Source: TPA_inf: Saccharomyces
Taxonomy: Eukaryota
DNA length: 64,000 nucleotides
Direction of reading: 5' to 3'
Assembly (NCBI GenBank): GCA_000146045.2
Contig: BK006947.3
Span: forward strand, 352,001-416,000
Positions 31,987-42,684 of the stretch are shown here, in pieces. The notes beneath the pieces are model-generated. The model worked only from the letters and a program-made list of their open reading frames with translations. It was not told the origin of the DNA and did not search any database. Each line of letters starts with the position of its first letter. The stretch's first letter is position 1. The position numbers were made by a program, and so were the translations under genes.

Positions 31987-34848
31987 ATGAATGCTAGTGG
32001 AAGATCTCATTCCAAAGGCCCCATTATAAGGTCTGTGTCTTTAGAAGATCTTAAGAGAAACTCTAGTTTCAAAGGCAATCTAAAGTACAAAGATGAAGTC
32101 ACTTCACATAAAGAACCACAGGTCGGAACATTGAGCAACGAAGAACTGCTAAAAGATTTGGACAACATGTTGCGCGGTAAACTGAACATGGGAAGAAACA
32201 GTTTTCATGCCGATAAAAGAAATAAATCAGATGGAAATATCAGTGCCTTAACCTTCAAGGCAAGATCAGGTCTTGAGGGAGATATTCGTACCATAGATAT
32301 ACAGCAAGATAGTAGTGATGAAAATGATAATTTTAAGTTCAGTGATGATGGCGTTAATAAGGATAGAAATAATGAGAAAGATAATAATACTGATAACGCC
32401 GTTGAATTTCAAGACGATGCTGAAGAAGCTGAAGAGGAGAATGAGGATGAATCATTTGCTAATGTAGATGAACTGGATGGCTTTGATTTGAATAAGGTTT
32501 CTGATGGCAAGCATGTTCCTATCAATGAAAAGGGCGAAGTTGATTATAATATGCCGGTAGATAAAGAATTTCAGAAATCACTTGACCAGTGCGCAGCTTC
32601 ACTTGAGGAAAGATCAAGTGCACCTTATGCTTTACAAAGAGCAGTGGACTGGGAATTGAAGATGTTTTATTCTTTGGAAGATGAACTGTCGGAATGGTTT
32701 TGCAGCTCTGATTATATGCATTTTGGACAGACACAGACTCTGTTTAAACAGAAAATTACGCAACCACAATTATTCTTTGATGATGAAAACTATGCTGCGA
32801 GCGTAGTTGAATGTTTAATTGAAGACATCCCCAATTCTTTAGCATCTAATTTACTCGCATTATCATATATTTCTATGGGATGCTTTGCGTTTACGAATAG
32901 CAAAAGTGAGCATACAAAGATTATACGACGCAACAATTTAATGCTTGTTCCTCATATTCAAGAAATTGTTCATGCCTTCAAGAAGATTGCAATAAGTTGT
33001 AGGGATGACAACAGAAATTTAAAGAAACAAACAATTTTGCTATTTCATTCGTCAACAATCCTATACTTCATATGCAGTATTTGTATAGAAGGTAGAGGAG
33101 AAAATCCGGAAGCAGTAAATGTTGTTATCGACGCTTTTGAGAAAACAGATTTGTTGGAATTTTTAACAAAGTATATTGAAAATTGGAGGTGGAATAGCAG
33201 ATTAGCTATGCGCATAAGAAATATGATTTCTTTGCTCTTCAAGCTTATTGTATTACAATTTGGTGACAGTTCTGTCTACAAACAGACCAAATCATCTATT
33301 TATAATCTCCATGGCTTAACATATCCATCAAAGCATCCAGAAAAGCTTTCTATCTCCCCATTACATTATCAAGCATTCAGGGAGGACATTACTTCCCGTT
33401 TTCCTGATTACAATATGCCCAGTTCTGGCTTACCTAAAGATGTTGACAAATCAGAATCTCTTTCCCAGTTTCTGGAAATTCCTCGTCCAAAATCAAAGAA
33501 TCCTCTAAATATGGCGCTCATTGTTCCTGAAAAACATATTGCTACACCTGCTCCTTCACCGCCAAGCTCTCCACAATTAATGCATTTAGGTGAAGGTCCT
33601 AGACCTCGTAAATCTTTCCAAACAAACATGGCATATCCGTGTTTGTATCCATCTGATAATGAAGGATCTGAAGATGACACTCTGGAAGATAGGATAGATT
33701 TAAATATAGAGAGAAAACCTGATAACGATATAGTTATTCCATTCAGTACCGAAGAGGCAGCGAGAATATTAAGCGAGAGTTTAGAAATTAAGCTGAGTAC
33801 AAAACAACTTTGGTACGAAAGGGACTTATTCATGATAACTGAACGTGGTTGGAAACAGCAATTAGAAAATGAGCCATATGATTATGCCGCGCTTAATCAT
33901 GATGCAAACTCTTCAAAAGAGGAAAAAAGTGCGATTTGCATTATGCAGCGAATTGACAAATATTATAAGAGCTGCCTTTCGAGCTTTAACTCTCTTGTTT
34001 TTGTCTTACTGCAAACAATGGAATCAAGCTTGACAAATAACTTTCATAGGAAAAGTGAAGTCTCCGATAAAAATCTTCTAAATATGCTGACACCCCAATT
34101 GGAGATCGTGAGAGCTAAGGAATTGTCCCTAAAGTCAGCAGCGGGCATATTACATGCGTTATTGAAGTGGTTTAAGTTAAGCCATATTTTGAAATTTGAA
34201 CACTTGGCGGTAGTTATTCACGATTCGCGATACATCAACACATGCGCATCTATTTTAAGCAAATATTCTGAGGTTTATCCAGAGAGGGTTTTCAATAAAT
34301 ATGTACAAACCCCGAATTCATTTTGGAAGGAGTGTTCTCTCTCTAACGAGTCTTATCGTGAATCCTATTCAGTAGATGACTCAGGAGAGGTCGACACGGA
34401 GATTATGCCTTCGTTTGCATATCTGTTAAGAATCTTGAGAAAAGTCACAGGGAATAAAACACAAAGGTTAAAGGAGCTGCCCCTCTCCATCGGCATTCTA
34501 TTTAAACGCTATTATCGGCTCTTCAACCTTGACATGTATCATCCAATATTGAAAATAACAAGAGAACTCACACCATTCAAAAACAAGAGGTGGAAATCCG
34601 AGCATATGGAATTGATATCGGGGGTTTACCTTTATGAAAAGCTGGAGTTAACTGATAATTGGGTAACAGGGAAGGATATATCAGGAGAGTTGAGCGATGC
34701 TTGTGGTCAAGAAATTGCACTCCGGGCCTTGCTTCAATTTTACAATTTTCAACACTATGAAATATCTATGGAGGACCTTGGATATGGACACCGTAATAGT
34801 TCCAGCCAAGATCTGTTAAACAAGGAATCCGAGTATTTGAATATTTAA
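31987..34848 (+). CDS. FAR11: STRIPAK/Far complex scaffold protein (striatin-interacting protein homolog), 953 aa
   Basis: Full ORF recognised as Far11 (N1221 and DUF3402 type regions). Position between TEP1 and SPC98. Confidence 0.88.
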   Translation: MNASGRSHSKGPIIRSVSLEDLKRNSSFKGNLKYKDEVTSHKEPQVGTLSNEELLKDLDNMLRGKLNMGRNSFHADKRNKSDGNISALTFKARSGLEGDIRTIDIQQDSSDENDNFKFSDDGVNKDRNNEKDNNTDNAVEFQDDAEEAEEENEDESFANVDELDGFDLNKVSDGKHVPINEKGEVDYNMPVDKEFQKSLDQCAASLEERSSAPYALQRAVDWELKMFYSLEDELSEWFCSSDYMHFGQTQTLFKQKITQPQLFFDDENYAASVVECLIEDIPNSLASNLLALSYISMGCFAFTNSKSEHTKIIRRNNLMLVPHIQEIVHAFKKIAISCRDDNRNLKKQTILLFHSSTILYFICSICIEGRGENPEAVNVVIDAFEKTDLLEFLTKYIENWRWNSRLAMRIRNMISLLFKLIVLQFGDSSVYKQTKSSIYNLHGLTYPSKHPEKLSISPLHYQAFREDITSRFPDYNMPSSGLPKDVDKSESLSQFLEIPRPKSKNPLNMALIVPEKHIATPAPSPPSSPQLMHLGEGPRPRKSFQTNMAYPCLYPSDNEGSEDDTLEDRIDLNIERKPDNDIVIPFSTEEAARILSESLEIKLSTKQLWYERDLFMITERGWKQQLENEPYDYAALNHDANSSKEEKSAICIMQRIDKYYKSCLSSFNSLVFVLLQTMESSLTNNFHRKSEVSDKNLLNMLTPQLEIVRAKELSLKSAAGILHALLKWFKLSHILKFEHLAVVIHDSRYINTCASILSKYSEVYPERVFNKYVQTPNSFWKECSLSNESYRESYSVDDSGEVDTEIMPSFAYLLRILRKVTGNKTQRLKELPLSIGILFKRYYRLFNLDMYHPILKITRELTPFKNKRWKSEHMELISGVYLYEKLELTDNWVTGKDISGELSDACGQEIALRALLQFYNFQHYEISMEDLGYGHRNSSSQDLLNKESEYLNI

Positions 34849-35060
34849 ATCTCTACTTACGGATACCGAGGCTCGGGGCGCGATGTTATTGTCATTAACA
34901 ATCTCCTATCCCTCCCTATGTTTATATAGTTTTCAATGGAGGAGCATGAAAACCCCTTAAATAGTGTTTATTTGATCGCGCAATGGTGATGATTGGATCT
35001 TCATATCACAAGTGGGATACTAGGACAACCGTTGTTGGATTTCTATTATCATAATATATA

Positions 35061-35067
35061 CGGGTAA
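35061..35067 (+). promoter_or_regulatory. Reb1-like site CGGGTAA about 160 bp upstream of SPC98
   Basis: Reverse complement of the TTACCCG core. 7 of 8 positions match the consensus. Confidence 0.35.
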
Positions 35068-35226
35068 CGATTTTTGATGCGTCGCGTTTGTAAACAAAAC
35101 TAAACAAAACAAACAAATATACTCATTTGATGGCTTCATCTGCATATAAGAAATAGAAGAGCCAGAATACTAAGCATAACCATAATATATATTACAGTCT
35201 ATTTCAGTTGTAGCTGAAAAATCAAT

Positions 35227-37767
35227 ATGGAACTAGAGCCCACTCTTTTTGGTATAATAGAGGCATTGGCTCCTCAATTATTGTCGCAGAGTCATTTGCA
35301 GACATTTGTATCTGATGTAGTCAATTTACTGCGATCATCCACCAAATCGGCAACTCAATTAGGCCCTTTAATTGATTTTTACAAATTACAATCACTAGAT
35401 TCGCCTGAAACAACAATTATGTGGCATAAAATTGAGAAATTTCTCGATGCTTTATTTGGAATCCAGAACACCGATGATATGGTAAAGTACCTCTCTGTCT
35501 TTCAATCTTTGCTTCCATCAAATTACAGAGCAAAAATTGTCCAAAAATCATCTGGGCTCAATATGGAGAACCTTGCTAACCATGAACATTTACTTAGCCC
35601 AGTGCGGGCTCCAAGTATATATACAGAAGCTTCATTTGAAAACATGGACCGATTTTCTGAAAGAAGGTCCATGGTATCTTCGCCTAATCGTTACGTTCCC
35701 TCTTCAACCTACAGTTCTGTTACTTTGAGACAGTTGTCAAATCCTTATTATGTGAACACTATACCCGAGGAAGATATCCTAAAATACGTATCATATACAT
35801 TATTAGCTACGACATCGGCACTATTTCCGTTTGATCATGAGCAAATACAAATTCCGTCTAAGATACCCAATTTTGAGAGTGGACTTTTACATTTAATATT
35901 TGAAGCGGGTTTATTATATCAAAGTTTGGGTTATAAAGTGGAGAAGTTTAGGATGTTGAATATATCTCCAATGAAAAAAGCATTGATTATAGAAATTTCA
36001 GAAGAATTACAAAACTACACAGCATTTGTGAACAATCTGGTCTCTTCAGGGACAGTAGTGTCATTGAAATCGTTATATCGTGAAATATATGAAAATATAA
36101 TAAGGCTTCGAATATACTGTAGGTTTACAGAACACCTTGAAGAATTGAGCGGAGATACATTCTTGATTGAATTAAATATTTTCAAATCCCACGGAGATCT
36201 TACTATAAGAAAAATAGCAACGAATTTGTTTAATTCAATGATTTCTCTTTATTATGAGTATTTAATGAATTGGTTGACTAAAGGTCTACTCCGAGCTACT
36301 TATGGAGAATTCTTCATTGCTGAAAACACTGATACAAATGGTACAGACGATGATTTTATTTACCACATTCCTATAGAGTTCAACCAAGAAAGAGTTCCGG
36401 CCTTCATACCGAAAGAGTTGGCATATAAAATATTCATGATCGGCAAATCGTATATCTTCCTAGAAAAGTACTGTAAAGAGGTTCAATGGACAAACGAATT
36501 TTCTAAAAAGTATCATGTCCTGTACCAGAGCAATTCTTATCGGGGAATATCAACGAACTTTTTTGAAATTATAAATGATCAATATTCTGAAATTGTTAAT
36601 CATACTAATCAAATTCTAAATCAGAAGTTTCATTACAGAGACGTGGTATTTGCGTTAAAGAATATTCTTCTCATGGGTAAATCTGATTTTATGGATGCTC
36701 TTATAGAAAAGGCCAATGATATTCTCGCGACACCATCGGATTCATTGCCAAATTATAAGTTAACAAGGGTTTTACAGGAAGCCGTGCAGCTTTCTTCCTT
36801 AAGACATTTAATGAATAGTCCCCGTAATAGTTCTGTCATTAATGGATTGGATGCGAGGGTACTCGATCTTGGACATGGATCCGTGGGTTGGGATGTTTTT
36901 ACTTTAGATTACATCCTCTACCCCCCTTTGAGTTTAGTATTAAACGTAAATCGTCCTTTTGGCAGGAAAGAGTATCTACGAATTTTCAATTTTTTATGGA
37001 GATTTAAAAAGAACAATTATTTCTATCAAAAGGAAATGTTGAAGAGTAATGATATAATCAGATCATTCAAGAAAATCAGAGGTTACAACCCGCTCATCCG
37101 TGATATTATCAATAAACTTTCTAGAATCAGTATACTTAGAACTCAATTCCAGCAATTCAACTCGAAGATGGAATCTTATTATTTGAACTGCATTATAGAG
37201 GAAAATTTTAAAGAAATGACCCGGAAACTGCAACGCACAGAGAATAAAAGCCAAAACCAATTCGACTTAATTAGATTAAATAATGGCACCATAGAATTAA
37301 ATGGGATTTTAACCCCAAAAGCTGAAGTACTAACAAAGTCTTCAAGCAGTAAACCCCAAAAACACGCAATCGAAAAGACGCTGAATATTGATGAATTAGA
37401 AAGTGTACATAACACGTTCTTGACGAATATTCTTTCTCATAAGCTTTTTGCAACTAACACAAGTGAAATAAGCGTTGGTGATTATTCTGGGCAACCATAC
37501 CCAACTTCATTGGTTTTACTTTTAAATTCGGTTTACGAGTTCGTCAAAGTTTATTGTAATTTGAACGACATTGGATACGAAATCTTCATTAAAATGAATC
37601 TCAATGATCACGAAGCATCTAACGGATTATTGGGAAAATTTAATACGAATTTAAAGGAAATTGTTAGCCAGTATAAAAATTTTAAAGACAGACTGTATAT
37701 TTTTAGGGCAGATTTAAAGAACGATGGCGATGAAGAGCTTTTCTTATTGAGCAAATCGCTCCGTTAA
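35227..37767 (+). CDS. SPC98: Gamma-tubulin complex component (GCP3 homolog), 846 aa
   Basis: Full ORF with GRIP1/GRIP2 gamma-tubulin complex motifs. Recognised as Spc98. Confidence 0.9.
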   Translation: MELEPTLFGIIEALAPQLLSQSHLQTFVSDVVNLLRSSTKSATQLGPLIDFYKLQSLDSPETTIMWHKIEKFLDALFGIQNTDDMVKYLSVFQSLLPSNYRAKIVQKSSGLNMENLANHEHLLSPVRAPSIYTEASFENMDRFSERRSMVSSPNRYVPSSTYSSVTLRQLSNPYYVNTIPEEDILKYVSYTLLATTSALFPFDHEQIQIPSKIPNFESGLLHLIFEAGLLYQSLGYKVEKFRMLNISPMKKALIIEISEELQNYTAFVNNLVSSGTVVSLKSLYREIYENIIRLRIYCRFTEHLEELSGDTFLIELNIFKSHGDLTIRKIATNLFNSMISLYYEYLMNWLTKGLLRATYGEFFIAENTDTNGTDDDFIYHIPIEFNQERVPAFIPKELAYKIFMIGKSYIFLEKYCKEVQWTNEFSKKYHVLYQSNSYRGISTNFFEIINDQYSEIVNHTNQILNQKFHYRDVVFALKNILLMGKSDFMDALIEKANDILATPSDSLPNYKLTRVLQEAVQLSSLRHLMNSPRNSSVINGLDARVLDLGHGSVGWDVFTLDYILYPPLSLVLNVNRPFGRKEYLRIFNFLWRFKKNNYFYQKEMLKSNDIIRSFKKIRGYNPLIRDIINKLSRISILRTQFQQFNSKMESYYLNCIIEENFKEMTRKLQRTENKSQNQFDLIRLNNGTIELNGILTPKAEVLTKSSSSKPQKHAIEKTLNIDELESVHNTFLTNILSHKLFATNTSEISVGDYSGQPYPTSLVLLLNSVYEFVKVYCNLNDIGYEIFIKMNLNDHEASNGLLGKFNTNLKEIVSQYKNFKDRLYIFRADLKNDGDEELFLLSKSLR

Positions 37768-38145
37768 GAAATGATCCCGTCCCGTTTTTCATTTATAATA
37801 AATTTCCTCCACGCAGGTTTAATGTATAAGTTGTAATGGTAGCAAATGATTTACAGATTTATTTGCAAGTAAAGAGACTCTTTTTTCGTTTTGTTTTTCC
37901 TGGATCCGCAACACAAAGTGTATTACATATGGATACATGGAATATCTTTACAGTGCTAAATATATTAGGTTAAAAAAAGGTCGTTTTCTGTAAAGAATGC
38001 TTTTTCAGCGTTAACTTTACGTCTTTTTGATAATAAAGAAATTTAATTAGGTGAAGCGGAGATATTGAATATTATGTACTAATGATATGATGAGTAGGCG
38101 ACGTAACTATCGCGTATATAACATGAATCAGGTCGTCGAAAAGAA

Positions 38146-40167
38146 CTAGACCTTCATTGGATATACCATTCTTAGGAAGTATTTTTTAATGCCCGGACCT
38201 AAAAGAAGGTCATATTTAGTCTTTCTTTCTTTTAATTTACCCCAATCTTCATCGGCAGAATCGGTATCGTATTCGCTTGCCTTCCATTCTTTTAACTTCT
38301 CGTTTGTCATAGCTTGTCTTTCCGTTAATTTCATCCTGATAGAATATTCACGAAGGATAGAAATTAAAATTAGTGCGGCAATAAAGCAGCAACCGCAAAA
38401 AATTTGTGCATGTAAGTAAGGATTGCTCTTATCTTTCTCCACCGTCAATGCCTGGGCAATCACCTCACAAACCAATAAGAAAGGCGCACCACAGTAGTTG
38501 ACGAAGGCCCAAGCGGGCAAAAACTCTTCTGGTTTAACCATATCGGCAATCAGAACGGTATTCATGACGTTGGCGACACCAACGCATGAGCCAACTAGAA
38601 TTGAAAAAAAGATGAGTTGAACAAACGTATGAGCGGGGATCCAGAACGCAAACATATATATTGTTAACAAAGTGGTTAATACGATCGTTACGTTTGCCCT
38701 ACCAAACTTATCTCCCGCTAAACCCATCAGAGGTCTTCCGATGGATTGCGAGCCGTTCAAAATGGCAGTCAATGTGGAAGCGTCGTGCGATGATAATCCT
38801 TTCGAGATTGCGTATGAAGATAAAGTAAAAACCATCATATTGTAGGCAAATAATGCGAACATGAACCATAATGCAATAAGTACCACAAATGGCTTAGTTA
38901 TAACCTTTAATGAAAACATTGCTTTGAGCTGTTCAAACATGGCCCGAGGCGATTTCAATCCTATGGCAGGTGTAGGGTTTCTTTCTTTTAAGAGCGCAAT
39001 AGCAACTAGAACACTTATGCTACACGATATGCCTATGATACGAAGGCACCACCGGGTATTTCCAAAGTCAGAAAGCATTTTGTTTGTAGCCAAACCGTAA
39101 ACGACACCACCAGCACCGGTACCCAATAATGAGACACCCATTGCGACAGCTCTTTTTTTCAAGAACCATCCTGGTAAGACGGTTGTTGCTGGAACGAAAA
39201 TCAGTGATATTGAACAACCGACCATAAAACCTTGGGTGACATACAATTGCCATAACTTGGTAGTAAAGGAGGCCAAGAGATATGCGGCAAGCATTACAGC
39301 ATCACCAAAAAGCATGGTGGTCCGCAGACCAATTATTCTCATCAGTGCCATCACAAGGGGGGATAAGAGTTGACCGAGAAAGACAGTTAGGCCAGCAATT
39401 AAGGCATAATCGTACTTCGAAGCACCAGGGTAAGTATCATGGTTTAAGTAGTAGGCAAGGTCGACACCGAAGGATGCGTTGCAGCCCCACGTGGAAAACA
39501 TGGTCAAGAACACACAGAATGTCACGACCCAGCCATAACCACCGTCGGGGGGCAGTTCCAGCTGCCCGGTAGACTTGTTGGTGAATACTTTTTTTACAGT
39601 CGGTTCATCAGGCTCGAATTCGGTTATTCCTTGGGCCTCAAGATCCTTACCGGAGTGTTTCGTGGAAGCCGGATATAGTCTATTCCTCATGAGTTTGGAG
39701 TCCATGGAAGCTTTATGTTCTGTAGTATCATTTTGAATAGAAGAAGCAGAGAAAGCAGAGGAAGATGGTGCCGACAACGAGGCGCCTGCAGTCGTGGTGT
39801 GTGTGACTGGGATGTTTAACTTTGACTGGACTGACTCATTGTGCTGTAGCCTAATGGCATCGGCCACGTCAAATCTAGATTCTAATATTTTATTAACGTC
39901 TGCGGAATTTTCTTCCGTCTGCAAGTTGTCGTCATCGACAGCCTTTTTAATGTCGTTGAGCCGATTAGTTAACGTCCTACTAATAGACAATTTTCTCGAT
40001 GCATCGTTCGACTTGGTGCTGTGTAGATCAGAGCATGGAACCGGAGCAGCAATAGAAGCCTTAGAGAATGATACAGGCTGTGAAGAGTTTATCGAAGAAA
40101 CCTCGGACGATGTCTCAGAGACCATTCCGGAAGAAGCAGAAAAGTAGTCGTTTGAGTGCGTTGACAT
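38146..40167 (-). CDS. ESBP6: Major facilitator superfamily transporter, monocarboxylate-permease-like, 673 aa
   Basis: Full ORF with a long Ser-rich N-terminal extension followed by 12 predicted TM helices of MCT-like MFS type. Confidence 0.85.
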   Translation of the reverse strand: MSTHSNDYFSASSGMVSETSSEVSSINSSQPVSFSKASIAAPVPCSDLHSTKSNDASRKLSISRTLTNRLNDIKKAVDDDNLQTEENSADVNKILESRFDVADAIRLQHNESVQSKLNIPVTHTTTAGASLSAPSSSAFSASSIQNDTTEHKASMDSKLMRNRLYPASTKHSGKDLEAQGITEFEPDEPTVKKVFTNKSTGQLELPPDGGYGWVVTFCVFLTMFSTWGCNASFGVDLAYYLNHDTYPGASKYDYALIAGLTVFLGQLLSPLVMALMRIIGLRTTMLFGDAVMLAAYLLASFTTKLWQLYVTQGFMVGCSISLIFVPATTVLPGWFLKKRAVAMGVSLLGTGAGGVVYGLATNKMLSDFGNTRWCLRIIGISCSISVLVAIALLKERNPTPAIGLKSPRAMFEQLKAMFSLKVITKPFVVLIALWFMFALFAYNMMVFTLSSYAISKGLSSHDASTLTAILNGSQSIGRPLMGLAGDKFGRANVTIVLTTLLTIYMFAFWIPAHTFVQLIFFSILVGSCVGVANVMNTVLIADMVKPEEFLPAWAFVNYCGAPFLLVCEVIAQALTVEKDKSNPYLHAQIFCGCCFIAALILISILREYSIRMKLTERQAMTNEKLKEWKASEYDTDSADEDWGKLKERKTKYDLLLGPGIKKYFLRMVYPMKV

Positions 40168-40891
40168 TTTTCAGATTTATTTTCAGAAGCCCCGTAATTA
40201 TACCTAAAGAAAAAGTAAAGAAAAGTGGAGAAAACAAAAGAAAAAGATAAAACTTTTAAATATGTGGTGTGACAAATGCAAAATACTATTCTGACTCGCA
40301 CATTTAACTAACAAAAGAAAATTTGTCTAAGTCTAGCAGCTTTGGTAGAATATAGAAGAAACAGTCTAGTTTTGGCTCCGATATGAGTGGACAAAGCATC
40401 AAGATCTAAGGAATGCCAAGTATTTATCCAGGTTCTCCCGAAGACTTTTCTTCAATAGCGGCGGGGGTTTTTTTTTTTTGCAGATTGCCGAGATAGCCCG
40501 CGGCAAAGATACGTTATCTCGGTTATCGTCGGCAAGCGCTATTGTAACTAGATATAGGAAACTGTGGTCTGCAAAGATGCGGTATAAGGCCTCCGTCTGT
40601 TCTTACTGCGTTATCAGCCTTTGACAGTTTTAGTTCGTCAGGGTCTTTGACCAAATGATAAATTCCCTGGTTTACATTTTCACTAGTTTGTTCTCGAGCA
40701 ATGCTTAGTTGGCACATAAATGAGTCAGGCACTACCACTCGGGTAACGGTCTGCGCGTTTCTTTTTGCGGCCATGAAATTTTTCAGGCGATGAGCTTAAA
40801 GGTAAAGGAAAAAGATGGTAGGATGATAGGTAGGATGAAGCGGTATGAAAGTGGAAGAAGCACAATATAGCACGTCGAAACAGTGCTAATC

Positions 40892-42370
40892 ATGAGCGAT
40901 GACTTGTTTTCTAAGGCTTTGGAGAATCCCGACCAGGACTTGAACGTGGAATTGCCCAAGGATGATGTTGATTTAGGTCTTTTAGGTGATGGTGGGAACG
41001 AGAGGAAGACCGATGAACCGGTAGCAGACGCAGAAAGATCAACAGGCCTAGGATCCGGCTCTTCTGAATCCGAATCAGATTCCGGTTCTGATTCTGATTC
41101 TGATTCTGGCTCTTCAGGTAGTGAGGATGATTCTGCAGATCAGGACGTTGAAGGAGAGGACGAAGGTGGTGACGCGATTGAAAATGAAGACGAAGACGAA
41201 GACCCTTCACCTTCCGGTCCTATACTATCGAAGAACGAAATACTAGAGGAAACTGTTCCTGAACTACCGGAAGATTATGAAATTTCAGAAAAAACGATCA
41301 TCACTCCTATTGGTGTTTTGAAGTCTGCATTTGAAAATAATATAATCATTCACGCCACGATGTCGGGCGAAAAGCGTGTTTTAAAAGAGGGTTCCATTTT
41401 CTGTCTCGAGGATAGAACTTTGATCGGGATGTTGACGGAGGTGTTTGGACCCTTGCAAAACCCATTTTATAGAATTAAGTTGCCCGATTCAAAAAAAAAC
41501 TTATTCGATGAATTAAAAGTGCGTTTGGGTGAGAAAGCCTTTATAGTCACCCCTGATGCCCACTGGATAGATACTTTCGAGTTAAAGCGCAACAAAGGTA
41601 CTGATGCGTCTAATGGGTACGATGAAGAATTACCTGAAGAGGAACAAGAATTTTCCGACGACGAAAAAGAGGCCCTTTTCAAGAAAATGAAGAAACAGCA
41701 ACGGCAACGAAAGAAAAGGGACAACCGCAAACTAGCCAACGATAGTGACAATGTCAAGGTAAAGAGAGCTCGGCAGCCCAAGGCCAACAGTTTACCTAAA
41801 CTGGTACCGCCGTTGGGCATGAGCAGTAATGCTCCGATGCAACATGGGTACAAATCAAGAAACGCACGTGAAAATATCAAGCGTGAATCCAGTGCTACCT
41901 CTAATCGGAATGGCTCCTCCCCAGTGCCAATCACACAGCACCACCAACAACAGTTTTCTGCAAATAATTATCCCTTCCCTCAACAACCAAACGGTATGCC
42001 TTATCCACCATACTCACCTTTCCCTCAGCCGACTAACTTCCAGTATCCACCTCCACCATTTGGGCAGGCGACACCGGCCCAATTCTCCAACACTGTTCCA
42101 TATGGTAGCTTACCTCCCGCATACAACAATATGTCGCCGCCAACACAGCAGTCGTTCATGCCAATGACCCAAAGTCAACCGCCACTTCCATATGGCGTAC
42201 CTCCCATGAATCAAATGCAAAACCCAATGTACATCCAACCGCCACCTCAAGCACCTCCTCAGGGAAATGGTAATTTCCAACAAGTAATGGAATTACATCA
42301 AATACTTTTGCAGCAACAGCAACAGCAACACCAGTATCAGCATCAGCATCAGCAAGATCCAAGAACCTAG
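40892..42370 (+). CDS. NAF1: H/ACA snoRNP assembly factor (Gar1-like core, flanked by an acidic Ser/Asp-rich N-terminus and a Q/P-rich C-terminus), 492 aa
   Basis: 495-aa ORF trimmed to the ATG at 40892 (MSDDLFSKALEN...). Central Gar1-homology segment. Coding microsatellites (TTCTGA)n at 41086..41108 and (CAGCAA)3/(CATCAG)n at 42311..42355. Confidence 0.85.
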   Translation: MSDDLFSKALENPDQDLNVELPKDDVDLGLLGDGGNERKTDEPVADAERSTGLGSGSSESESDSGSDSDSDSGSSGSEDDSADQDVEGEDEGGDAIENEDEDEDPSPSGPILSKNEILEETVPELPEDYEISEKTIITPIGVLKSAFENNIIIHATMSGEKRVLKEGSIFCLEDRTLIGMLTEVFGPLQNPFYRIKLPDSKKNLFDELKVRLGEKAFIVTPDAHWIDTFELKRNKGTDASNGYDEELPEEEQEFSDDEKEALFKKMKKQQRQRKKRDNRKLANDSDNVKVKRARQPKANSLPKLVPPLGMSSNAPMQHGYKSRNARENIKRESSATSNRNGSSPVPITQHHQQQFSANNYPFPQQPNGMPYPPYSPFPQPTNFQYPPPPFGQATPAQFSNTVPYGSLPPAYNNMSPPTQQSFMPMTQSQPPLPYGVPPMNQMQNPMYIQPPPQAPPQGNGNFQQVMELHQILLQQQQQQHQYQHQHQQDPRT

Positions 42371-42684
42371 AGTCACGATTGAAATATTTAATAATAAATG
42401 CTATGTATCATAGATAAACTAGAAAGAGGCAAGAAAAATTTAACAAGTTTCTTAATTGAATATTATTTTACTGTCACTACCATTATTAGACGCCATCTCA
42501 GCGTGTGACATGATAATTTTTCTTTTTTTCTTTTTTTTTCCTCAAGGCGATGATATGAAACTTTCAAAAAATTTATATGTAAATAAAAAAGTTCTACGAG
42601 GGTTTAAATACGGAAGTTTATTTAGAAGATATTTATACTCTGAATACACACGTAGAGTACAGTAAAGGTTTTTTAGATCTACTA

